The notes below the pieces were generated by a model. That model ran no database searches. It was not told the DNA's origin and saw nothing but the letters and a program-made list of their open reading frames with translations. From IMG/VR virus record IMGVR_UViG_3300032770_000024, positions 1 through 60,367 of that record: a stretch of DNA of 60,367 bases, one strand, 5' to 3'. Shown in pieces: positions 8,551-17,116 of the stretch. How positions within the stretch are numbered: the first letter of the stretch is position 1; the number at the start of each line of letters is the position of its first letter. Source of the stretch: a virus. Taxonomy: Duplodnaviria; Caudoviricetes. A program made the translations under genes and the position numbers.

Positions 8551-10791
8551 ATGAGCATACAAGCCAAATCCTATGATGGAACCATCCACTCCTTCCCTGA
8601 CGGCACGCCGAGCAACGTCATTGATAATGCTATGCGGACGTACAAGGTGGAGAGTCAGTATGAGAAATCCACCTCCTTCATCCCAGGAGAGCCCGGCTTC
8701 TGGAATGGTGTAGCCTATGGCGGGCTGCAGACACTGGACAGGATTGCGGAAGCCGCCGCTCGCGGTGTGGGTGATGTGGCGCACGCCGCAGGGGCTCCCG
8801 CGTCCTTTACTCCGGGCGCGGATGTAGCAGCGATCACTGCTCCAGATGAGCAGCACATGCACGAAATCTGGGGTGGAAGCCCCGGCTTCAACGTAGGTGT
8901 AGGGGCCGGTGACGTGCTTGCGTCCCTTGCGCCCGCCGGGGATGTGGCTAAGGCGCAGCAAGTAGTGGGTGCTATCCCCGGCGCGGCGAAATTGGGCGGC
9001 GTCCTTTCGCAGGTGCCCTCCGATGTGGCCCGCTTTGCCAATTGGACCGCGCCTACCGTCCTTCCTGCCGCAGCAGCCAGCGCCGTCACTGCGAAGCAGC
9101 AAGGCTACGCACCCGCCATGCAAGCGGCGAAGCAGGGCGCTATCGCCGCTCCCCTTGCTGGAGCTGGCGCTGCTGGCGTATCGGCCCTGGCTCGACCTGT
9201 AGCCGCCGTTTCTCAGCATGTCATTGATATGTTCGCTCCGGGCTGGCAGAAAGCTATCAAGGACGTTAAGAATGACCTGAAGACCTATGGTATGTCGCCA
9301 AGTCAGGTGGATGCGGCGGTACAGGAACTTGGAAAGGACGCTGTTCCGGCGGATCTCGAGCGTCTTCAGTCGCGAGCAAAAGAGATTACCTCCAAGCCAG
9401 GCCTTGTATCGGAGAATGTGGTTAAATTCCTGCGTAGCAGGCAGGGCGCGGCCACGCAGCGCTCGATCCAGGCCGTGCAGGAGCTGACAGGGCAGAAGGG
9501 GCAGGTCTGGACGGAAGCGCAAGCGCTGAAAGCTGAGCGGAAAGCCCAGGCTTCACCCCAGTTCCAGGCTGCGATGCAGGGCGGGTCGCTGGCTCCGCTC
9601 AAGGAGCAGCTACAGAAGCAGAATTGGGCCGCAGGGAAAGCTGTAGCTGATCTGGACGAGCAGATTTCCCGCGCTAATTACCGGGTGACGCAGGCAGCGG
9701 CAAAGCTCACTGAGACTCGCGGAGACGTCTATGCGGAGTCGCAGGCCAGAAGAGAAGCGCAAGAAGCCAAGAACACGCAGATTTCTCTTCTCGACAAGAA
9801 GCGGCAAGCGGTGGCCCACCACAATGCTGTAAAGCAGGCGATGGTGGAAGCGCAGGCGGATGCTTCCTCCGGTAAGCGCGGAGCTATCTGGTCCCCCGCT
9901 ATTGATCAGTTCATGAGCCATCAGTGGACGAAGAAGGGGCTGGCCGAGGGCCTGAATCAAGAGAAGGCCCGCGCGATTGAAGAAGGCAGGACTTTCGACC
10001 CCACCGAATACGGCGTAACACAGGATAGGCAGGGAAATCCTGTGCTTGGCCCTGATGGGACGCCAGTAGTGGGTAAATTCCCTAACATGAATCTGCTCCA
10101 TGCAGCGAAGCAGGGCGTCGATAGCTTTATCAAAGCGAATACCAATATTGACGGAAGTCTGACCCCGAGCGGCGCTGCGGCCAAAGGGATGCTGAACAAG
10201 TTTCTAGAAGATGTGGATGCTCGGAACCCCGAGTACGGCAAGGCCAGGGCTACTTTCAAGTCTTACTCCAGTAAGCTGGAATGGCAGGACAAGGGCAAGG
10301 ATTTCCTGAAAACCGACCCTTCCCAGATACAGGCTATGCTGGCAAAGGCTTCGCCGGAGCAGAAAGCTGCCTATCTCAACGGCGTAGCTGGAAATCTGAT
10401 GGCGAAGATCAATGGTGTGCCCTCGGCCAACCTTGACGTAAAAACTATGCTGGATGTGCCGGGGGTTATGGAGCGGCTGGAGGCCGCGGTGGGCGATTCG
10501 GCCAAAATGTCCGCTTTCAAGAAGAAAGTGGAGGCCGAGGGCGCGTACCGCCAAACTGCGCAAGCTCTGGATACTGGCATTAAGCACCCAGAAGACGAGG
10601 ACGTGAACGTCCCCACCATGTTCAGGGCTGCGCAATTTGCCGACAAACCACTGCTGGCTATATCTAATGCGCTTCGAGCCATTCACTTGAAGCCGAATGA
10701 GGATAGAGCTAGGATGCTGCAGTATCTGCTGTTTCCGGGTGTGGGGGATATTGCCGCGCAAGGGTCCAAGATACCGCCGCTTAAGCAATAG
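8551..10791 (+). CDS. Large internal virion / DNA ejection protein
   Basis: N-terminal FPDGTP motif, Ala-rich hydrophobic stretch, coiled coil; synteny. Confidence 0.65.
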   Translation: MSIQAKSYDGTIHSFPDGTPSNVIDNAMRTYKVESQYEKSTSFIPGEPGFWNGVAYGGLQTLDRIAEAAARGVGDVAHAAGAPASFTPGADVAAITAPDEQHMHEIWGGSPGFNVGVGAGDVLASLAPAGDVAKAQQVVGAIPGAAKLGGVLSQVPSDVARFANWTAPTVLPAAAASAVTAKQQGYAPAMQAAKQGAIAAPLAGAGAAGVSALARPVAAVSQHVIDMFAPGWQKAIKDVKNDLKTYGMSPSQVDAAVQELGKDAVPADLERLQSRAKEITSKPGLVSENVVKFLRSRQGAATQRSIQAVQELTGQKGQVWTEAQALKAERKAQASPQFQAAMQGGSLAPLKEQLQKQNWAAGKAVADLDEQISRANYRVTQAAAKLTETRGDVYAESQARREAQEAKNTQISLLDKKRQAVAHHNAVKQAMVEAQADASSGKRGAIWSPAIDQFMSHQWTKKGLAEGLNQEKARAIEEGRTFDPTEYGVTQDRQGNPVLGPDGTPVVGKFPNMNLLHAAKQGVDSFIKANTNIDGSLTPSGAAAKGMLNKFLEDVDARNPEYGKARATFKSYSSKLEWQDKGKDFLKTDPSQIQAMLAKASPEQKAAYLNGVAGNLMAKINGVPSANLDVKTMLDVPGVMERLEAAVGDSAKMSAFKKKVEAEGAYRQTAQALDTGIKHPEDEDVNVPTMFRAAQFADKPLLAISNALRAIHLKPNEDRARMLQYLLFPGVGDIAAQGSKIPPLKQ

Positions 10792-10924
10792 CGGGCAAAT
10801 CTAGCGGGGATTTTTGGCGCCGGGCGGGTTTTGCCGCAAGGCGGCTACCGTCATAGCCCCCGGGCCAAAAGCCCGTATAACCCCAAAATTTTAGCTCGTA
10901 CTCCACCTCCTGAAAGGACCCCAA

Positions 10925-11290
10925 ATGGCCATTAAGAACTTCAAAAAAGCCGGACGCGAGAAAACCGCCCTGGCCGCTTCCCTCGACAAGCTCGCAGCTT
11001 CCATCGTCAAAGATGTGGAAGAGCTGGACTTGGAAGTGAAACTCCTTGCTATGCGGACGCTGACCCAGTATTACTCAGCGACCACCAGAGCAGGAGATGG
11101 AGATGAACAAGGACTTGGGTTTGACGCGTTCCGGGACAAACTCGCGGCTGCAAGTAGTGGAGGAGGAAGTGCTGCCGGAGCCGCTGGAGGCCCCGAACTT
11201 CCCTCCGACGACCCCAAGATCGTCTCCCTCTTCGCACGAGGAGCTGATGATGCTACTGGCGAGGGCGAAAGAGGAGAGGACGAGGGCTGA
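10925..11290 (+). CDS. Hypothetical protein
   Basis: AAGGA RBS; helical N-terminus, acidic disordered tail. Confidence 0.65.
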   Translation: MAIKNFKKAGREKTALAASLDKLAASIVKDVEELDLEVKLLAMRTLTQYYSATTRAGDGDEQGLGFDAFRDKLAAASSGGGSAAGAAGGPELPSDDPKIVSLFARGADDATGEGERGEDEG

Positions 11291-11552
11291 GGCGGCGCTG
11301 GAAGCCGCCGCGAAAGCAGAAGCCCGGACTGAGGCTTTAGCCTCAGTTGTAGGCATCGCCGGGACCATTCTTTCGCAGCGAGCAATCGCGCTCATGCAAG
11401 CGCTGATCTTGCCGCTTATCGCGGTGAGCGGAGGGCTGGACCTTTGGTCCCACATGCTTCGCAGCCCCACCACCCCCCAGCTAATTGCCGTAGCCCTGTA
11501 CGGCGCTCTTGTCCTTGCCCCGGTTCTTCTCTGGGCCAACCGCAGTAAATAA
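11103..11552 (+). CDS. Membrane protein with coiled coil and C-terminal TM helices (start could be 11097, 11103 or further downstream)
   Basis: AGGAG 6 nt before ATG 11103; hydrophobic C-terminal segments. Confidence 0.6.
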   Translation: MNKDLGLTRSGTNSRLQVVEEEVLPEPLEAPNFPPTTPRSSPSSHEELMMLLARAKEERTRAEAALEAAAKAEARTEALASVVGIAGTILSQRAIALMQALILPLIAVSGGLDLWSHMLRSPTTPQLIAVALYGALVLAPVLLWANRSK

Positions 11553-12752
11553 CTTAGTAGTGCCCTTATAGGAAGCCCGAAGGAAGCCACTCGCTTCCAG
11601 TTCTTTAAGGGCACTACCAGCAATATGCGGCGGGAACTCTTCCAGCATCTTCCGCTTAAGCACGGACTCACTAACGGCACCACCAGCGGCCTTCGCCTCT
11701 TCCAGCACCCAAGCCTCGATATTCTTGATCGACTCGAAGGCGGGGCTTTCCGCTGAGAATTGAAGCGCGATATTTACCTGGGACTCAGCTTCTAGTAGCG
11801 CACCGAGCGCCTTCTTATAGTCTCGCATGGTGATGACCATGCGGTCAGGCTTTGACGCATCTGCCGCTGCATAGATCATGCAGAGCTTCAAGAAGTGCAG
11901 GATTCTTCGGCCCTGATACTCTTCCAGCCGGGGATTGTTGATCTTGGGAGGCATCCCAGCGTCAATCCAATTCTGAATCTCCCGTCGCACATTCGGCTCC
12001 ATCCGCATCTCCCCCTTCAAGCGGCAGATCTGCCCCAAGTCCTCCTTGAAGGAAGTAAGGTCTTCGACCGAGGCCGAAGAATACATGTCGGGCGGCTTTA
12101 CCTCGTCCGAGCAGATCAAATTAACCCGAGAAAGGAAGCCCATTCCTGAGCGGGCTTTTGTAAAGTTCTCGGCCAGTCCTCGGGGTGTTGTTCCGGCCAG
12201 GAAGCAGAGGAAGAGATTCTCGACTCGTGTCTCATCTCGCTTGAAGGTGTCGTAGGTCCAAATGCCGGGGCAGTCGTAGAGGTCTGTGAGGTCGTTGAGG
12301 AAGACTTGATCGTTCGGCTGGATAAAGGTGACGAGTTCAGTAACGAATGCTGCACAAGTGGTGGCAGATTGGCCCTCCACGAGGCGCGTAGCTTTTGAGA
12401 GTCGGTCAAGGAATTTCTCCTTCGTAGTTTTTGCGCCTGGGACAAAGATATTCGGGATAGATTTGACTAGCTCGTGGCAAGCGAGGACAGTCTGACTCTT
12501 GCCGCTGGCAGGAGGGCCGACTAGAAAGGCGTAGAGGTTGGGGTAGAGGCGGCGGCCCTGGAGGGAGAACCAGACTCGGCGCTGAAGCGCGGCGCCAATA
12601 GTGGCCGCCATTCCCCACTTGTTGAAAATGTCTGGCGAGTTACGGCTCTGCATTACCTCCACGAAGGAGTCGATCAAGTGTGGATGGTTCGCTTCGCGTA
12701 TCAGGCTTGCTGGGGTTGAACTTAATAAGCCCGTGAGGGTTTGTGAATTCAT
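11481..12752 (-). CDS. DUF3987-like P-loop ATPase (replicative helicase-like); start uncertain
   Basis: YPNLYAFLVGPPASGKS Walker A; LTDLYDC; GMGFLSR; adjacent to PolA. Confidence 0.75.
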   Translation of the reverse strand: MNSQTLTGLLSSTPASLIREANHPHLIDSFVEVMQSRNSPDIFNKWGMAATIGAALQRRVWFSLQGRRLYPNLYAFLVGPPASGKSQTVLACHELVKSIPNIFVPGAKTTKEKFLDRLSKATRLVEGQSATTCAAFVTELVTFIQPNDQVFLNDLTDLYDCPGIWTYDTFKRDETRVENLFLCFLAGTTPRGLAENFTKARSGMGFLSRVNLICSDEVKPPDMYSSASVEDLTSFKEDLGQICRLKGEMRMEPNVRREIQNWIDAGMPPKINNPRLEEYQGRRILHFLKLCMIYAAADASKPDRMVITMRDYKKALGALLEAESQVNIALQFSAESPAFESIKNIEAWVLEEAKAAGGAVSESVLKRKMLEEFPPHIAGSALKELEASGFLRASYKGTTKLFTAVGPEKNRGKDKSAVQGYGN

Positions 12753-15066
12753 TATAGGAGTCCCAGTTAAAGCCTACTTCCGCATCGCACCCGACGACGC
12801 ACTCTCTGCCGTTGATCTCGATTGGCACCACGAGGTCATTCAGTATCTGCGGGATAAGCTCTTGCTCTTCGTCCGCCGGATACTGAAAGACAACCGCGTC
12901 ATGCACTTGAAGAAGGAACTCGACTTTCCTTCGGGAGTCGAAGATCCTGTCGTATTTCTGCCACACTCTGTAAAAGCCCAGGTTCAGCAAATCTCCAATG
13001 GTTGACTGCGGACCATACGCGATCGCAGACTTTATGGTATCGTTGTCCCAGTGTCTCCCTGGGAAATGACAGGTACGCCCGAAGGGAGTAGTGATGCGAC
13101 GGGTGGAAGCAAGCTGCTGCTTGATGTGATTGTGCCATTGCTTGATCTCTGGGAATTCTTCGTAATACCTGGCTGCAAAGGCTTCGGCTACGCCGATGGG
13201 GATTTTTAGATTGATGCTTAGCATCAGCGGAGTTACACCATAGTTGCTGTTTCCCGTGACAGAAATTTTTCCGTCCTTGCGAATGAAGAAAGCTCCGCTT
13301 TCAACTGTAGGGCAGTAAACTTGTTCATCTGCCTGTATCCAGCATTTTTGCTCCAAGTTGGCGATATTGGCGTATTGCCTGTTGTTCTGCTGCAAGCTGT
13401 AGCAAACTGTTCCATACTCACTGACTTGGCCTTTTTGGATGTTGCCACCGATGCCTACTAAGCGTCCAACGGTTTGTATCCACTCGAGGTGGCGCCGGTC
13501 AGCTGAGGCCACAGAAACGGCCGTTTTAGCGATGTACCCGTCCCAGTATTTGTGTTCATCTGTGTAGGCTTCTAGCGCCTCTCGAGTCCAAGTAAGAAGG
13601 TAAGGCCCAGCATACTTTGGAAATTTTGTTGTGTGCAGAAAGTACTTTTCTTGTTCCGGTTTTTCTTCGAGAAAGACGCCGCACTTCTCTGCGAGCATCC
13701 GGAGACGTTCCACCTTTCGATCTTTTCGCAGATGGAACTCTGTTCTATTTGTGGTTTTAATGTGACCATCCGCTTGAACAGCGGCTGCCATTCGAGCGAA
13801 CCACACAGATACAGAAATATTTCCGCCCACATAGTTATTTCCAAGTGGAATGAGTCCACTGTCTTGAAGTTCAGCCGCAGTTTTTACAAAAAGCTTTTCC
13901 TTAACTTTTGACTTGGGGTTAGCTGTGCGCTGCACATAGTAAACCCGGTGGTTAGGTGTCATGGTTATACTAAGAGCCCGACCCTCTAAGCGGAGCATCT
14001 TTCCTTTGTACTGGCTGCTATGCCAGTGCTGGACTGGAGCAAAATTGGAGCCTTGCTCAGACCATGTAAGAATCTCAGAGGGCATCTCGGAAATTTTAAC
14101 CCAACCGCCCCGAGTTAGAACCTCGTGATCACCTGTAACGCACGCATGGCCACCGCGCTTACCCATATCCCTGTACGAGTGCTGCCGGTAGAACTTGGTC
14201 CCGTCCGCGAGGGCCTTATCCTTCTTCGGATCTCCTGTCCACGGAAGTTCCTTGTTCCACACAGCGCGAGTGACATAGGTATGCACGTCTCCAGATTTGA
14301 CGGCGCGATAGTAGCGATCTCCCCAGGGAAGTGCAAGCATGGAAGTGATGACGCTTTCCGCTTGTTGCAGGTCCACATAGGCAAGTTTCATGCCTGGGTC
14401 GGGGATGAACATGCGGCGGAGCTTCTTGGTGATATTTTGCAAGTTCATCCCTCGACCGAAGACGTCGGAAGAAGAGGACCACCTGCCGGTTAGCGTACCA
14501 GCGACGTGGTAGCTGCAATACATGCGGCTATTCTCGATGTTCGTCTCAAGGACAGATTTCTTCTTATCTAAGTCGCGCAGCGCAAGGATTAGATCAGCGA
14601 AGGGCTTCGCCTTTCCTTCCTTCTGCAGCTTCTCTAGCGCTTCGCGCCCGGTTGTCACCACAGATTTTTTCGTATTTCTGTCATACTTGGTGGTGGGCTT
14701 CAGACCGAGAATTTGGAAGAAGAGCTTCTGCAGTTGAAGGGGCGAACGGTAGTTGATCTCGAGACCGAGGCCTTCGACCGTTAACCTCTTAAAGATTCGT
14801 TCAAACTTCTCCTTATCTGCCTGAATATCCTTCAGGGCCTCCTGGCGCTGGAAGTCGTCAATCCGCACCCCGCGGTTGGACAGAGTAAAAGAAGGCCCCT
14901 GCATGGCGCGGGACATGACGTAGGCGAAGGGTTCGCGGTTGTACTGGGCCTTGAGCTTGGAAAGAGCCTCGGAAGTGATGGCAGTGTCCAAGCCGTTGTA
15001 GGCCCAGAGCTGCTCCTGGGCGGAAAGGCGCTCGGGCTGGAGGGTTGCGGAGTCTAATACCCTCAT
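12640..15066 (-). CDS. polA: Family A DNA polymerase (Exo III + polymerase domain), intein-containing
   Basis: TGRWSSS, NLQNI, motif A DLQQAE, motif B KRGGHA/SNYG, motif C QVHDA; N-terminal YNGLD. Confidence 0.93.
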   Translation of the reverse strand: MRVLDSATLQPERLSAQEQLWAYNGLDTAITSEALSKLKAQYNREPFAYVMSRAMQGPSFTLSNRGVRIDDFQRQEALKDIQADKEKFERIFKRLTVEGLGLEINYRSPLQLQKLFFQILGLKPTTKYDRNTKKSVVTTGREALEKLQKEGKAKPFADLILALRDLDKKKSVLETNIENSRMYCSYHVAGTLTGRWSSSSDVFGRGMNLQNITKKLRRMFIPDPGMKLAYVDLQQAESVITSMLALPWGDRYYRAVKSGDVHTYVTRAVWNKELPWTGDPKKDKALADGTKFYRQHSYRDMGKRGGHACVTGDHEVLTRGGWVKISEMPSEILTWSEQGSNFAPVQHWHSSQYKGKMLRLEGRALSITMTPNHRVYYVQRTANPKSKVKEKLFVKTAAELQDSGLIPLGNNYVGGNISVSVWFARMAAAVQADGHIKTTNRTEFHLRKDRKVERLRMLAEKCGVFLEEKPEQEKYFLHTTKFPKYAGPYLLTWTREALEAYTDEHKYWDGYIAKTAVSVASADRRHLEWIQTVGRLVGIGGNIQKGQVSEYGTVCYSLQQNNRQYANIANLEQKCWIQADEQVYCPTVESGAFFIRKDGKISVTGNSNYGVTPLMLSINLKIPIGVAEAFAARYYEEFPEIKQWHNHIKQQLASTRRITTPFGRTCHFPGRHWDNDTIKSAIAYGPQSTIGDLLNLGFYRVWQKYDRIFDSRRKVEFLLQVHDAVVFQYPADEEQELIPQILNDLVVPIEINGRECVVGCDAEVGFNWDSYNEFTNPHGLIKFNPSKPDTRSEPSTLDRLLRGGNAEP
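13249..14142 (-). mobile_element. Intein (298 aa) with LAGLIDADG-type endonuclease, in PolA motif B
   Basis: Begins CVTGDHEVLT; block B TPNH; AAAVQADG; ends VYCPTV...ISVTGN followed by Ser; removal restores KRGGHASNYG. Confidence 0.92.
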
Positions 15067-15410
15067 TTAATAACCGCCCCCTTCGCAATATAAAGGCTTC
15101 GTCTTTCCACTCGCTTACCGTGCATTTTTGCGTATATCTCTTCTTCCTTCATCCCCGCCGAAATGCCGTGGTCCACGTAAACTGCAACCAGTTCACATTT
15201 CACTATCATCTTCTTAGAAACCAGTATGCCTTCGGCCCGCTGCTCCTCATCCTCCTCGTAGAGGGCCCTAGTCCAGGCGAGCATTGCGTGAGAGGCCCAG
15301 GGGATTTCATCCCTCGCAAGGGAGTCGCGGATGCAGGCCCGAAGGTAGGCTTTGGCTTTATCCCCAGCGCCAAGGCCGGACCAGGGGGAGGCAATTACAG
15401 TTACAGTCAT
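15063..15410 (-). CDS. Small Rossmann-like protein (DUF4406/DUF7768, nucleoside deoxyribosyltransferase-like)
   Basis: VIASPWSG, ARDEIPWASH, VYVDHGISAGM..E motifs. Confidence 0.65.
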   Translation of the reverse strand: MTVTVIASPWSGLGAGDKAKAYLRACIRDSLARDEIPWASHAMLAWTRALYEEDEEQRAEGILVSKKMIVKCELVAVYVDHGISAGMKEEEIYAKMHGKRVERRSLYIAKGAVIK

Positions 15411-16553
15411 TTACGCATTATCCTTTTCTTCGCCGCCTCGTTGTCTCCAAACCTTCCACGACCGCTCATTCGCCCACACGCTGCCGATGTAGCCAAGGGC
15501 CTTCGGCAGAGCCGGGAATAGGCTGTGATGAAGGAGCATTGTGTCTTCGACTGAATTTGCTACCGCTATCTTGTAGTACCACAAATATGTCAAGTCGTAC
15601 ATTCCGTTCTGCCAGACCTTCGGCATTGGCGCCTGCAGCACCTGGCGCATGAACTTGTAGGCTTCCCTTTCCGCCTGGACGTCCGGCCAGTAGCTTCGCT
15701 CTGCGAAGAAGAAAGGCAGAATGTAGCTCTCCCAGGGGGTCGGGCTGAAGCCGATGCAGGTGATCTGCCTTCTCTTCGTCTCAATATCTACCGTTAGTTC
15801 GCTTGCACGAAGCAGTCGGGGAAGCCAGATCTTCTCTAAATCCTCGAGCGTCGGCTCGATATACAAGAGGCGGCTCTTGGGCTTCCACTCAGGACTGTAG
15901 CTTTCGGCCAGGGCCTTTCGCAGGTCCGCGATTACCGTGGGCCGTTGCTCGTACTGGCGGCGGGTGGTTTCCGGGCTATAGGTGGGAAGGATTTTATAGG
16001 GCCGTCCACGAAGGGTGGCTAGGTGGATAGTCCCCCGCAATTTGCCTATCCCGTGATCGCCCGTAAGGGCCGCTAGGGCCATGTTTCCCATTGCCACCAC
16101 CACGTTAGGCCGCGCTTCACTTATCTCCTTGTAAAGCCTCTCAAGCTCCGGAGTGACTAGGGAGGCCGGAAGCATCCCGCTCTTCCCGCGCAGCGCGTGG
16201 AAGGGCCTCACCGGGTCACGGCCTTCGGCTGCTTCCTTCCCGGCCACGCAAAGGCTGTTTATATCTCCGTCCTTCGGACGCTGAAAAAGCACCAGCGTCT
16301 GCGAGACTTCATCCAGGGAAAGCCCAACTTCTTCTAGCTCGCTCGCAAGCTCCTGCCCTGACTTCCCACAGAAAGGATAGCCCCGCATCTCTTCTTCCTC
16401 GGAAGGAAACTCCCCCACCACCATAATCCTCGCGCCAGGCCGGATGATGGGCTTGAACTCGGGAATTTTGCGCGGCGCCGCAGGATTTAATTTTCCGGTA
16501 GAGTCGGAATAAAGCGCCCGAAGCGCCGCTGGTAGTGGTGGGGGAGGGGCCAT
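15411..16553 (-). CDS. Uracil-DNA glycosylase-like domain fused to partial 3'-5' exonuclease (N-terminal half of split PolA)
   Basis: IMVVGEFPS..E...GYPFCGKSGQEL (family-4 UDG-like); Exo I VDIET; Exo II QNGMYD; DTMLLHH. Confidence 0.85.
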   Translation of the reverse strand: MAPPPPLPAALRALYSDSTGKLNPAAPRKIPEFKPIIRPGARIMVVGEFPSEEEEMRGYPFCGKSGQELASELEEVGLSLDEVSQTLVLFQRPKDGDINSLCVAGKEAAEGRDPVRPFHALRGKSGMLPASLVTPELERLYKEISEARPNVVVAMGNMALAALTGDHGIGKLRGTIHLATLRGRPYKILPTYSPETTRRQYEQRPTVIADLRKALAESYSPEWKPKSRLLYIEPTLEDLEKIWLPRLLRASELTVDIETKRRQITCIGFSPTPWESYILPFFFAERSYWPDVQAEREAYKFMRQVLQAPMPKVWQNGMYDLTYLWYYKIAVANSVEDTMLLHHSLFPALPKALGYIGSVWANERSWKVWRQRGGEEKDNA

Positions 16554-16796
16554 TTATTCCTCGTATTCTTGCCAGTTGTTGAGAAGGAGTTCCTTGGGGT
16601 CTACGGCCCACTCGGAGGGAACTGCTTCGGGGGAGTGGTACAGAATTGTGCTGTTAGGCTCAAAAATGTACCACTCACGTTCAGGTTTTGGTGTTACGTC
16701 GATGTGGTCGCCGGGAGGCCAGGAAGAGAAGCGAATTTTCTTGCCTTCGCGGAGAAGACAAATGGCTCCAGCGAACGTGTAGAAACGCTCGGCCAT
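16554..16796 (-). CDS. DUF2829 / Tad2-like putative anti-defence protein
   Basis: TFAGAICLLREGKKIRFSSW ... WAVDPKELLLNNW matches F..AL..LK.GKK..R..W ... W.P...D.LA.DW. Confidence 0.6.
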   Translation of the reverse strand: MAERFYTFAGAICLLREGKKIRFSSWPPGDHIDVTPKPEREWYIFEPNSTILYHSPEAVPSEWAVDPKELLLNNWQEYEE

Positions 16797-17113
16797 TAAA
16801 TCTCCCGCACTTCGTAGGCGATAGCCATATAGGCTGCGCCGTCCACATAGTTGTCTTCCTTCTCAGCGCCGGTGGCGATGCGGGCAATCTTCTGCAGGAC
16901 GTTGAAGATTGCAGCGTCGTGCGCGGAGCTGGTGCTTTGGCCGGTCTTTTCCCTGTACTCCTGGTAGATGGAAAAGAGGGCACTGGCGCAGGCGAGGTTG
17001 ACGCCGGGAGGGCCGTAGGAGGCGTCCCGGTCGCCGCACGTCAGGGTGATAGCGGTGCGAAGCACCTCCTCGCGGGCGGGAACTTCCCGCGGCACTGGTT
17101 TTTTGGCAGCCAT
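16796..17113 (-). CDS. DUF6378-like protein
   Basis: GDRDASYG...KIARI....EDNYVDGAAY. Confidence 0.75.
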   Translation of the reverse strand: MAAKKPVPREVPAREEVLRTAITLTCGDRDASYGPPGVNLACASALFSIYQEYREKTGQSTSSAHDAAIFNVLQKIARIATGAEKEDNYVDGAAYMAIAYEVREI

Positions 17114-17116
17114 TTC

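Noticed and set aside
15063-15410. Self-splicing intron interrupting the polymerase
   Set aside because: The interval is fully occupied by a coupled ORF with no room for an intron core; both flanking genes have their own start and stop
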